From contig NC_086383.1 of the NCBI RefSeq assembly GCF_036588685.1, forward strand, positions 20,708,001-20,772,000: a stretch of 64,000 bases of DNA, read 5' to 3'. The notes under the pieces are model-generated. The model did not search any database. It saw only the letters and a program-made list of their open reading frames with translations, and had not been told where the DNA came from. Positions 14,301 to 26,634 of this stretch are shown one piece after another (position 1 is the stretch's first letter; every line of letters starts with the position of its first letter). Position numbers and translations under genes: made by a program. The DNA is from Mytilus trossulus. Lineage: Eukaryota.

Positions 14301-17300
14301 AACATAGATATCAGAATTGACAATTTTTTAATTGCACCAAACGCCCGTTTCTTCCACAAAAGACCCACCAGTGACGCTCGAATTAAAAATATCCAAATAA
14401 AATTACGTAGTTAAAGAGCATTGAGGACCAAATTTTCATTAACATTATGCCGCATGCAATTAAGGTTACCTGTGCCCTAGTTCTTTAAAAAATAAAAAAA
14501 AAGTTTTGTAAACGGTCAATTTATAATTATGATCATACCAACGATAATTTATAATTATGACCATACCAACGATAATTCATGTCAATTCATAAATGCTGAA
14601 TACTAGGCTGGTGATACCCTTTGGGAATTAAGACCCGATCACCAGTGGGTATAAATAACCGTTACTCACTCTGTATATGTCAAATCACATTTTAAGTGTG
14701 AGTGCGTATTTAAAATTGTTTCTTTGACAAAGCTCGAATAGATAACCGCCTATTACTATACTGACTATGTTTATAAAAAGTCAGATAAGGATGCGATCAA
14801 ATAAATTTGCTCAACAGTTTATTTGTTAAGCAGTAAATTTTAATTGAAAATGATCTATCAGAGAAGGAAAATTTCTCTCTCAGATACTTTTACAGCGTTT
14901 CTTTCTTCCGAAATCAGTATTTTGGAATTAAAGTTAAGGAAGTACACCTCTCAGAAGACAAACATTTCTAGAATTGATTTTTTTTCCAAACCGGATTTTT
15001 GGGTTTATATGACTGTGAAACAAATAATTAGAGAAGAAAAAATCAGTTAATGGTGCACTTCATTTTTTGCTACGGCCATTTGAAAGTAACAAATTATGAT
15101 TAGTTTTCCATGTTTCATCAGTTCTACTTATTTTGGGGCTTTTATGGTGAAAAAACAAACCACAGTTCCACCATTCCCCCATCCTTTCAATTAAGACGAC
15201 GAAGACTAATCTGAACTAATTTAACTAATAAAAACTATAGTAGGTGTTAAAATAAGTAGTTTTGTCACATGTTGATGCTTTTTGTGTCAAATTTACAATG
15301 CTGTCAATTTTGTAAATTTGTGATTTTTCTCAGTTTTAAGAACAAAATCTAAGTTAGTTCAACCTATTTGTTATGAATTATTTAAAACATAAAGGTACCA
15401 GGATTATAATTTAATACGCAAGACGCGCGTTTCGTCTACATAAGACCCATCAGTGACACTCACATAAAAAAAGGTTATAAAGCAAAACAAGTACAAAGTT
15501 GAAGAGCATTAATGAGGACTCAAATTCCAAAAAGTTAAATCTATTACCGGGATAAAACAATCCTTAGTTTTTACCCAAAAAAATCAAAGATTTGCAAACA
15601 GGAAAGACATTTGAAAGTGATAAGGGACGTACATGATTTTGGTAAAATCATTTCTTGTGTTCTTTGTCCATTTTATAAAGAAACTGGGCTAAAAAGATTG
15701 ACTTGATTTGCAGTACAATTTGGACAAATTTATTACAAAACACATTCTTATTGTAGATACACTTTTTTTTACAAATTTGAGACTGATTATAACATTTAAA
15801 AAATTCGTTGATAGTTTCCACTTGTATCACATGTTTTGGAAATCATCCTCGAACAATATTTCAACAAGACTTAAACGTCAGAAGAATACATCCTTAAGCT
15901 TCCTACTTTTTTCTTTATCAAGAATTTGCTACAGATTGATGACGTCAAAGAAATATTTTTGGCAGAAAAATAAAATCAAACACCACATGCTTATAAATTG
16001 GTACGCTAAATTCACGTCTAGATGAGTCTCGTGATAACATGTACTTTGTATAAGATAATTCAAAGCTAGAAGATGTAGAATTGATAAAAGGTTGGGTCAA
16101 ATTTAAATGTATGCATAATGCTTATAGTGTCAGGAGTAGAAAAACCTTTAGTAATTTCAATACTTATTCATTTTATATACAATTCATTTAAATAAAATTT
16201 ATGATTTATTGCTACATTTATATTTATTGTCAGCACACAAAAGTGGACTATTTGGCTCATAAGACCTTTGAGGCCGGATTGTCCACCAACATTAGCACCC
16301 ACCAGTAGTCGTTACAACAGATACTATGTTTGTAATCTGTGCCGCATGACGCGTGTTTGGTTATACATGACTAACATGTGGCAGTCCAATCAAAGTTGAA
16401 GTTGAAGACAACTGACCGCCGAAAATTTCGAAACGAAGTCTCCATTCATTAGGCTAATCAATAACTAATCACAGCTAATAATCCTAATTTTCATTGACCA
16501 GATTCATAAAATCATACTACGTACAAGGATACCTTGGTAATCTCGAATATGACGCAAAGGTTCTTGGAAATGTCAAGTATATGTCGTCATGAAGTGCAGC
16601 TAAAATGCCTCTTTAATCTTTTCCAGAGAGTAGCTGTACAAGGAAACGCATTAAAGGAATATGGATCTTTATATGGTATGTTTCATCGCAAAACAACGAT
16701 CCTGCAATTAACTTTCTATTTCTTGAATATTAATACAGTTATGTTAAACATTGTTACGGTAAAAGATATTTGAGTTTTTGCAAACTGCTGAGTAGATTTC
16801 ATTACCAGTGCACTCTTCGCCACCGATGGCATTATCAGCATTAAGGTAAGAACTACTGTATTAACACGAGGTATTGTTGATGTGTTCTGTACACTCACTC
16901 TTCCAGCAACTGTTAATTTACCCGCAACAAAACAGTTTTTTGTGTTATCCATATCCATATCCATATGTCGTCTGTTTTTTTGTTTTGTTTAAATTATTTC
17001 GTTGTTGATGCTGTCGCGTAAAGTTTGAAAAGAGATTTCATTGAGAATACTCAGCATTTGACTGAGGACTAGAAATGTCGAATGTAGAATAAATTCTGAT
17101 AATTAAATACTACCACTTGATTGTTGTCACTGCTGGTTGACATATGTTTTCACATGGTTTTATAACTGAAGTAGTTTGAATTTGTGTGTTCACATACAAT
17201 ATCTTTAATGTTATCATGTTTTGTAGTTTTACTGTATAAAATACTGATATTGAAGTTAATAGGCCTAATTAATTTAATCTTCCAACTGTTTTGATTCGAC

Positions 17301-20300
17301 CGATTTCTTTTTTATTCTAAATGCACTAAGTTCAGGTCTAAAGGAAATATTTACCTTGTGTCTTCGTTTTTTATTATTCCAATCTCTTTTTTCTCTTTTC
17401 AGACTCTGATGTACACGAAATCAAGCTATGGAAGCAGGACAGTAAATATTTTATTAAAACAGACATAGTACCAGATATATTAAGAATATTAGAAGACAAG
17501 CATTGCGTGCTTCTGACTGGAGTTTCCGGAATAGGGAAAACACTGACCGCACAGAATATAGCATTGAAGTTATTACATGAATTTCAATATAGCATTGTGC
17601 CATGCGTGTCTCTTCACGATATTGCAACACGCTATAAAGAACATGTGCGTCAAGTATTTGTCGTCGATGATATATGTGGAAAATATATAGCAAATATCAA
17701 TATAATTGAAAACTGGAGAAACATTACGAATAGGGTAAAAAGTATTCTTGATAAGGGCATTACAAAAATATTGGCCACCTGTCGTACTGAGGTTTCAAAA
17801 GAAAAGATTTTTCAGCAAGCATTTGATTTATTCCATAAGAATGCGTACAATTTATCTGACAACTATTCATTAAAGGACAAATTAGTCATTGCTAGCAAAC
17901 ACCTTGAACATTATGACAAAATGTTACCAGACATTACAAATATTATTAACAAAAAAACGTTTTCCCCATTAATGTGCTTCCTATGCTCTAGACACAAAAA
18001 CTTTGATATCAATGAGTTTCTCAACAGTCCGTTCGATACATTTTGTAAAGAATGGGATGATTTGAAGTCCTTTGACAAAGAGAAATTTTGTGTTTTATTA
18101 CTATGTGTTATTCATAATGGAACAATTAATGATGACTTTTTTGATATTTCAAAAGATTTAGAAAAAGATGAAAAAAAGAAACTAAAAGACATTTTTGAAT
18201 GGTGCAGTTTAAACCGTGGCACATCTCGGTCAGCACTTCAATCCAAAATGAATGTCTGTATTGACACTTATTTTAGAAAAGTCAACAAGGAATTCAAAGT
18301 TTTACATGATAAAATGTTTGACTTTTTGTGTTCTTTCTTCGGGAAAACACTCCTCGACCCTATTCTCAAATATGCACATGATAAGGTCATATGCGAGCGT
18401 GTACAACTGGAGTCTTTACAGGAAGCACATGGATATTTTACAATTATGGTTTCGAAACATGATGAACACAAGTACAATGATAGGATAAAAGCTGACCTTG
18501 AAAACGGAAAGATACATTGGTGTTTGAACAATTCACAAATGAAATTTAAGGAATACAGGATTAAGATTCGAGATATCATAAAAGATTTAGAGATTAACTT
18601 AATAAGAAATTTGATCAACATCAAGGACGACAATGGGATTAACTCCTTCATTATTGCATGTTTACGTGGTTATGATGAACTTGTTGATTTTTTTATTTCT
18701 GTTGGAGCTGATGTTGACGGTCAGATTGGATTTTTCACACCATTAACAGCTGCGTGCCATGATGGACACTTGAAGACGGTTGAAATTCTACTTAAAGGAG
18801 GATCAAACATAGACAATGCTAATTCTCAAGGTGAAACACCACTGTATACTGCTTGTGTTGGAGGCCATTATAGTTTAGTACAACTGCTCATAGAAAAAGA
18901 TGCTGACATTAACAAACAAAATAAATATAGTCGCACACCTTTGTACACTTCGTGTATGTTGGATCATGCAACCATAGTTAGTCTTTTGATTGATAAAGGG
19001 GCGAATGTTTACCAATATAAGGATGTAATAATAGCTGCCACTCTAGGAGGAAACGATAAAATTGTCGAAAAACTAATTACAAATGACTGCTGTTTAAATA
19101 GTGTCGACATTGAAGGAAAAACCGCTTTATTCATTGCATGCGAAGAAGGTTATATTAAGATAGTAAAGTTGCTTATTGATAACAATGCTGACATTTATAA
19201 AGTTGATAGTCATGGCAATACGCCACTGCATGCCACGTGTTGCGCTGGAAACTATGATATAGTCAGTATGTTAATTTGCAAAGGTTCAGATATAAATATG
19301 ATCGATGTAGACTTAGAGACTCCTTTGCACAAAGCATGTAGGAAAGGCTCTCTAGGTGTAATACAAAAACTGTTGGATTTTGGGGCAGATATAAACAAGG
19401 CAAATGGAGATGTACACACTCCTGCACATATTGCAAAATCCGAGGGTGCAATTATGGATGAACACATTTTGAAATCTCTAGAGGAAAACAAAACAGAACC
19501 AACTGAACAGCAAAATTTAACAAATAGTAACAGAAAAATAGTTACCAACAATTTGATAAGGTTTGGGTGGACTCCTTTATATGAAGCTTGTATTAATGGA
19601 GACATAGAAACAGTCACATCACTCATCAGAAACAGAGCAAATGTGAACATGAAAACTGACTCTGGTGAAATGCCTTTGGTTGCTGTTTGTCAACAAGGCC
19701 ATGGGTTCTTATTACAAGTGTTGCTAGACAAGGGAGCTGACGTTGATGAAGCATTGTGTTGTGCTGTTCAGAAAGGTTACATTAGAACGATTAATATGCT
19801 TTTATATAAAGGCGGAGATGTTAGCTATAAAGGAGTTGATGGGAAATCCCTCTTGACATTGGCATGTGAACAAGGTTCAGTTGAGATAGTCAAAATTCTT
19901 TTAGGAAAAGGAGCCGATTTAAATGATGTAAATGGACAAACATTGATACACATTGTATGCAAAACAGATGATGATGATTTACTCAAGCTCTTACTAGATA
20001 TGGGTTTAGATCTGACCATACATGATGAAAACGGAAGATATCCACTTTTTGTGTCACTGGATAAGGGGTTTGATAATTTGTCAAAACATTTAATAAAACA
20101 AAGTTGTTCTATAGCAATATCAGAGAGAGACAAAAAAACAGCTTTGATATCAGCATTTGAAAGCGGAAATATGGAACTTTCAAAGTCACTTGTATTGAAC
20201 GGTTATGCAGAAAACTTATCGCAGTTTAATGAAATTATGTTATATCATGCGTGTAGGTTAGGACTGCGTGAAAACGTTGAGATTCTGCATAGAAATGGAA

Positions 20301-21547
20301 CTGATAATAAGACAATATATAAGTTTAAATATACTCTCATGATATTAGCAGACATTGGCGGAAATGATGATTTATCGGAGTATCTACAAAATTCAATCAC
20401 TTCCTCTCTCACAAATACGGAAAGACTGCGTATAGGAAGGCCAATTAATAATTATTGTTTAAGCTATGGTAATTATGAAGTTCAAATCCAAGCATGTATG
20501 AACGGAGAAATAAAATTGGAAAGGACCAAAAGAAACTTTTTTGATATATTCATCGAACAAAATGAATCTATTTGGTTTGAACAAACACCCTTATGTCTTG
20601 AAATTAGAAGGGGTCAATCGGATAGAGTTAAATTCCTAATAAAACATGGCGTAAATGTAAATTTGACTTTCGAAGATAGAAGTTTTGATGCCCCCTTTTT
20701 ATTGTTTTCCATGGCTGTTAAGTATGGATATACTCCGTTGTTTGCAGCATGTCAACGAAAATGTAATGAAATAGTTATTATGCTTTTGGAAAATGGAGCA
20801 AATGTAAACAAGGCGTTGTATGACGCATGCAGGGAAGGTTATTTGGACACTGTTCAATTTCTTCTACAAAAAGGAGCGGATGTTAATTCAATTGGTCGGT
20901 TTGGTCAGACAGCTTTGTATGCTGCTTGTATCGGCGGATACTCTACAATTGTAAAATATCTGATCGATCAAGGGTCTGTTATTGATACAAAAGTTAAATG
21001 CGAAAGATTTATTCACGAACCTACATGCCTACATGCTGCATATCAGAGAAATAATTATAAAACAGTACAACTTTTAATAAAGAGAGGGGCTTCTATTGAT
21101 ACGGTTGATAACTTTAATCGAACTATGCTAAATAAAGCGTGTTGGGACGGAAACTATAAAATTGTTGAAATACTTATGAATAAAGGGGTTGATATAAATG
21201 CCTCTGACTCGTATGGTGCTACACCTCTCGTATTAAGTGTATTACAAACAATTGAGGATAAACATGAAGAAAATGCCTATATTCGTGAAATGAGAAACGA
21301 TTATTCTTTTGATGTACATTTTTTTAATCAAGAGTATGTTACTGGATGGAATACATATAGTAAATTAGACTTCGAATCCAATATCAATAACCACTTTGAA
21401 GTGATTCAACTGCTTGTTGGAAACGGGGCCGATATTAATAAGGCTGATACGGAAGGCAGAACACCATTGTCATTAGCCAAGGAGATTGGGAATATGCAAC
21501 TAACTGAAATATTGTTACATAAAGTCCTTTTACAATGCAAAATGTGA
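8024..21547 (+). CDS. Multi-exon gene: DED-like + HEPN (RNEWAH) + coiled coil + nSTAND3-type NTPase + ~25 ankyrin repeats, ~1802 aa. Proposed join(8024..8371,9163..9241,9975..10396,11295..11463,12638..12834,16627..16675,17403..21547)
   Basis: All six introns are GT-AG with matching phases (0,1,0,1,0,1). The joined length is 5409 nt (1802 codons plus stop) with no internal stop. Walker A GVSGIGKT (17519-17542), Walker B VFVVDD, R-x4-H motif at 11310-11327, and ankyrin consensus TPLxxAC...G...V..LL..GA.VN repeated from ~18620 to ~21520. Confidence 0.8.
9163..9241 (+). CDS. Internal exon (ILNPIQNAIPIDLERRLTEMEYSSHT-G)
   Basis: Acceptor TTTTTCCTTCAG|, donor CAG|GTAAGT, open in phase 0 to 1; too short for the ORF track. 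Confidence 0.75.
9975..10396 (+). CDS. Exon encoding the N-terminal part of the HEPN-like domain
   Basis: ORF 9989-10483 (DDNKKRWLVVGIGLHS...FDESCDSSALLGL...AAND); donor GAT|GTAAGT at 10397. An alternative same-phase acceptor exists at 9984. Confidence 0.85.
11295..11463 (+). CDS. Exon with the HEPN catalytic motif (VRTTIRNEWAHCN...)
   Basis: Acceptor ACTTCAG|, donor G|GTAATT, phase 0 to 1; R-N-x3-H motif. Confidence 0.85.
12638..12834 (+). CDS. Exon encoding a coiled-coil linker
   Basis: Phase 1 acceptor (AAAG|, weak), donor AAT|GTAAGT at 12835; heptad-like LSQYDERISTLEN. Confidence 0.75.
13375..14060 (-). mobile_element. Penelope-like (Naiad/Chlamys-type) retroelement 3' fragment in intron 5
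   Basis: Minus-strand remnants IYPIEPEIKDT...SASYLD...KRDDFSFPIVNFP and LKSSLRKFYGRH, followed by a non-coding tail. Confidence 0.7.
14305..14650 (-). mobile_element. Degenerate retrozyme-like unit in intron 5
   Basis: Similar to 2590-2960; decayed hammerhead at ~14336-14377. Confidence 0.6.
15395..15602 (-). mobile_element. Retrozyme-like fragment in intron 5 with a near-intact hammerhead (15417-15458)
   Basis: Reverse complement TGTCA-CTGATGG-GTCT TATGT AGAC-GAAAC GCGC GTC-TTGCG; one core substitution. Confidence 0.7.
16627..16675 (+). CDS. 49-bp mini-exon (RVAVQGNALKEYGSLY-D)
   Basis: Acceptor CTTTTCCAG|, donor G|GTATGT. It supplies exactly the phase 0 to 1 change needed between the flanking exons. 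Confidence 0.65.
17403..21547 (+). CDS. Large terminal exon: nSTAND3-type NTPase plus ankyrin repeats
   Basis: Long polypyrimidine tract and AG at 17401-17402; the frame is open upstream of the ORF-track start (HEIKLWKQDSKYFIKT...). 1346-aa ORF with Walker A/B and ankyrin repeats; AATAAA at ~21703. Confidence 0.92.
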
Positions 21548-21780
21548 CAAAATATATTACTGAACGAAATGCATTCGAGGTAACGTTAGTGAACTTAACT
21601 TTTCATTTGTATTTATTTTACATGTAAACATCAGTTATCATGTGTGAAATATGCATCCATATGTCTTTTATTATAATGATTGCATTACAAAAAAACAAAA
21701 CAAAATAAAACTCTTGATTAAACCTAAAAAATATCAAAGTTTGTTTTTATTTAATTTTTTAAACGTTTGTTTAATATATT

Positions 21781-23060
21781 ATAAAATTGAGAATGAAAAT
21801 GGGGAATGTATCAAAGAGACAACAACCCGACCATAGAAAAAACAACAGCAGAAGGTCACCAACAGGTCTTCAATGTAACGAGAAATTCCCGCACCCGGAG
21901 GTGTCCTTCAGCTGGCCCCTAAACAAATATATACTAGTTCAGTGATAATGAACGCCATACTAATTTGTCATGCCAACAACTGTTTTTGAAAAAAATTGTT
22001 TAGCTCCGATGCAGAGACCCTATAAGTGAATCAATATTAGCGCCAAAATATGCAATCTTTAATGACCTCACAACAGTATCGTAACTACATGTATATCCGT
22101 TCTTAATAAGTCTATTTAAAGGTTTTGTTAGTTTCTGTGGTGAATACTGAAAGTTTTGTGCTTTATAAAGAATATTTCCATAAAATATTGGATGTGAAAT
22201 ACCTAAACGTATAAGCAGTCAGCATGTTGAGCTATATTTACGAATGATGTCCTTATACCGATGATACAATTTAGTAAATGTTTTGACTAGTTTGTGATAT
22301 CGAAAACCCTGGTGTAATAATTTTTCAGTAATACATAAATTTCTCTCGTTAAAATATTAAACATTGTTACATACACGAGCGAATCGTACAGATATATAAA
22401 CACCGTAAGATGGTGACAAGGGAACGTCACCATCTAAAAATGGATAATTAACGATAGGAAATGAAAAATCATCTCTTTTATCATAAATTTTAGTATTTAG
22501 CTTTCCGTTAGTGATATATGTATATATCAAGATCGAGGAAAGGGCAGTGGTCATTGTTGTATTAGCTTTATTTAAAATAAGTTCAACTGGATAAATTTCT
22601 TTAGTATACATACTGAAGTCGTCATTATTGAGAGCCAAAATGTCATCCAAATATCAAAAAGTATTATTAGATTTGTTTATAAGATGTTGTTTCCATGGGT
22701 CTTTGCTGATTATTGTCATAAATTATAGCAATACAAAAACAGGTCCGCAATAAGTGGTGCACAGTTAGTCCCCATTGGAATTCCGATAACCTGACGATAT
22801 ACGGAATCTCCAAAGCAAACAAAAACGTTATCTAGTTAAAATTCAAGGGCATATATATCAAAGCATGTCCAATTGCCATAGTTTTTTTTTTGTATTGCTA
22901 CTAAAAAATGACCTAAAAGAGTTTGAACATATATATTCACATTCTGACTTTTTAAATGCCCATTTGATTAGGTGGGTGAATTTTTCTTAATGAGAATGTG
23001 AGACAATGTGGTATACAGGGTTGAAAAAATCAAAACTTTGAACAGATTTGAAATCACCAA
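21781..23060 (-). mobile_element. Penelope-like (Naiad/Chlamys-type) RT pseudogene fragment with 3' tail
   Basis: YRQVIGIPMGTNCAPLIADLFLYCY, DDILALNN, and KIYDKRDDFSFPIVNYPFLDGDVPLSPSYGVYIS, with frameshifts. Confidence 0.8.
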
Positions 23061-25099
23061 TATATACATGTTATACACATTCACAAAATTAAACTAAGAA
23101 AACCTCTTGTACAAAAGATATATATTTTTGCTAAAAATATCTTTGTAAACTATACCAGACTACCAGAATAGTACGTCAGAGCTGTGCTCGAAAAAAACCA
23201 GTTTGAATGTATGTTGAAACAAAATAACTATTTTGCTAAAGTTATAAATCATATTAAAAAATAAATTATGATGAATAAAAATCAGACTAATTTGCTTTTA
23301 ATACAATTTTTATTGTGTTTGTATTTACTTTGACCTTTGATGTCAATTAGTGTTTAATATATAAAATATAAATGTTCTTGGGTGATCAAACACACATATT
23401 TGTATGGATAAAGGTGTTTTCCATAATCAGTCACTTATACATGTATCTAGATTTGATTTTTTTTTCATTCTTAGTCTTTCGGGTCATTTGTCCTCTTCAT
23501 CTTTGTATATTTTAGTTGGCATTTTAATTTCTGTGATTCCAGCTTCACATGTAGAGTTAACATGAATTCAAAGTTATTTAGTTTATAAAAGATTAGGTAT
23601 ATCTGCCAATAAGACAATAAAAAAAATTAACAATAACAGGTCATCGTCAGTTCATCGTTCCTACACTCCCCTTACCCTTAGCAGTGGTGTAATAGTACAA
23701 CATAACATCAAATTATAATGGAAAATAGCTGAAAAAGGATCAACTCATCAGATGGATACAATAAGAAATACACCAAACCAAAATATAAAGTAGACGTGGT
23801 AGGGTAACTTTACATCCCAACAATAAAAGATACAAAGTACAGATATGAGAGTACTCACAGTTAAATGGACTGACACCTTCATCAAATCTAATAACAATTT
23901 ATAATAAAATAAATAATGTAACTCAGACAAAATTATCAAGCAGTACACATCCAACATCCAATGCTTTGTGTGCAAGGACGTGATCAACAGTAAGATAAAA
24001 AAAAACAAAAAAAACAAAAAAAAACACATAACCTTGTGCAATGCAAAGTTACAGATATCAACAGATTGAAAATCCATGAAAACGCATATGAATGTAAGAA
24101 TAATATCTAGTTTGCTTTCAATTTCTTGATAACAAAATCTATATCAATAACATTAAAATCAATATTGAAAGATCTACTTAAAGTGATGAATAAGTAACTT
24201 TTTATAATAACCGACAAGTTTACAAAGAGCGTTTTTAAATTTCCGAGCCGAGTATGGTAAATAACATCTCCGTAAAAATGATAATGTGCTAAGCCGTTTG
24301 AAATCAGTTTTTACAGGTATAACCAAACATAAAAACCAAAACTTTATATTTAATTCCGGTATCTTTGAAGAGCTGGTTTTTTTTTCTGAAACTGTGCAAT
24401 GTTGGTTTTTTTTTCTTTTATTTTGTATTGTGTATTATTGTATATTCATATTCGTCCCTATACGTTTTTCTAATTCATACTATGATTTTTGATTTTAAAT
24501 ATTTACTTTTTAATTCTAATATTCATCTATTTTTTAATACATATAAACGTTTCATTCCTAAATATTTCTTGTATACAATTACCTTAGTCGTCCAGGGACA
24601 CGACTACGGGTCGCTGTTTACAAAATGAACCATCTATCCAGGGGACATAACAGGCAACAAAAATGTAGTCCACCTTTTATCTTGAATTCACAATTAGTGT
24701 AAAAATTATATCCATATAATGTTAAAAGCATCTAACAGTTCTATACTAATTTTAAAATAGTAAGTGCATGTAAATGATAAGATACCCACACAAAAGATGT
24801 GAATTTACTACAATAAACATGATAGTTAAACTTTTTTATCATTTTATTTTATATTTATATAAATTGTTAAAATCGATATTCTTATACGATAAATCATTAA
24901 AAAAAATGCACTTTGACTCAAGCTTATACTATATTTACTGTCTAAATTTTCATTTTTGCCGACTTCAATTTTGTCTTATCAATGATGTCAACGCCTTTCA
25001 AAAGAAGAACAAATTTTAGATTATTTTTCAAATTTTGTTTATGAATATCTTGCGTTGCCTTAGGCATTTTGTTAAATTTTATTGAAGTCCTAATTTTCC

Positions 25100-26620
25100 A
25101 TAGTGTCCATTTAAAATATATGATAATTATGTTTAAAAAATTATCATTTTTTAGTTCTCCTGTGCTTTTAACTAACATAATGTTCTTTTCACCAAAGGAA
25201 TAATTTATTCCTATGTTTGATTTGATTAATATTTGTCGAAGATTTTTTTTTTATAAATAACTGTGATGTGCTGCAACTTCAGGGTTTCTATATTACTAAT
25301 TATAGAAACATGGCATTTTCCATTTGAAATTTTAATTTTTTAATCTTTCTTCAATATATAAAATAATATGCATGGGTCTCCATTGAAATTCTATTACTTT
25401 ATTTTCAAGTTTCAAATGTTTGAGTCCCGACCACATATTTTCCCAAGGTATAATTGTTTCAAAAATTTCCTCCCACTTAATTTGATATTTTGGAGATACA
25501 TCTTTATTTTAAACCGTACGAATATATTTGAGTTTTAACTTTGATGGTTGGATTGTTTTGATGTTCAAGTTAATGATCTCAAGGTCATTTGACATCTTTA
25601 ATTTACTTCGTAATGTAAATTCTAGTTTCCGCAAGAATTCAAAATTTACACGAAATCTTTAGGAATGGCCTGTTTAATTTTTTAAAATTCAGATATACAA
25701 TTTCTCCGATAAATTAGCTTCCTATAGAAAAAAAAGTACAGCTAATAAAATTTGTAGTTTCTGAATTCCAAATGTCCTGAATAGTTATGATATCACTTTT
25801 TAAAAAAGATGCGTAAAACAAAGGTTTATTTTTGAAACGAAAAGAAGAGTTTCCAAATATTCTCGTATTTAAAATGTCCTTTTTATTTGAAAATGTCACT
25901 TTTATTTGAAGCTGTACCAACATTTTGAATGAATCCTGCCCACGTATTTATAATTTTCTGATAAACTTTTTGGTTCACATCTAAACCAATTAAATTTGAA
26001 CACATACAAAAAAGGCATCATTATATTTTTCATCAAATTTCCGCAGTCAAGACTTACCGATCGCATTTTAGCTTTTTTATGGCTCCTGAATTGATTGATA
26101 TACAATTTTTGTTAGTTTACTTTTTATGAACGTATCTATACTTACCATTCCCATCCCCTTTTTTTATTTAATTCAAACTTTTCCGTCCCATATAAAATTA
26201 CAAGTTATATGATTTAGCTCTTTAGTATATTTATCTTGAATTCCTCGTATTTCGATCTCGTATCAACAGAGAGAAAGTATCATATTGTTCACTCTAACTG
26301 TTTTACCTGTAAATGTAAGCTTCCTACTTTTCCATACGTGTATACAATTTTTACCTTTTCTATCATTTTTCTCCAAATATCATCGCTATCATTTTAATAA
26401 CCATGACAAACCCTAATGTTTAAACATTGCCTGTGATCCATTTGATTATTATCAAATTTAAATCATTTTCTTTTAGAAGCCCCCAAAAGTAAGCCATTTG
26501 TTTTGTCAAACTATGGTTTGATAAATCTGTATTTGCTAATTTGTTTAAATAGCCTCAACAGTTTCAAATGCATTTAAAACTTTGGGGAAAAAATGCGTTA
26601 AATGTAATGATCGATTTTTA
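25100..26620 (-). mobile_element. Heavily degraded L1/Tx1-like ORF2 3' fragment
   Basis: Fragments such as IFGNSSFRFKNKPLFYASFLKSDIITIQDIWN and KWEEIFETIIPWENMW; many stops. Boundaries are approximate. Confidence 0.55.
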
Positions 26621-26634
26621 ACAAAACTTCAATC

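Noticed and set aside
17507-17509. ORF-track start of the 1346-aa protein
   Set aside because: It is a GTG inside an exon; the frame is open back to the splice acceptor at 17402.
18252-20133. Overlapping and antisense ORFs within the STAND-ankyrin exon
   Set aside because: Shadow frames of a long coding exon with no recognisable motifs.
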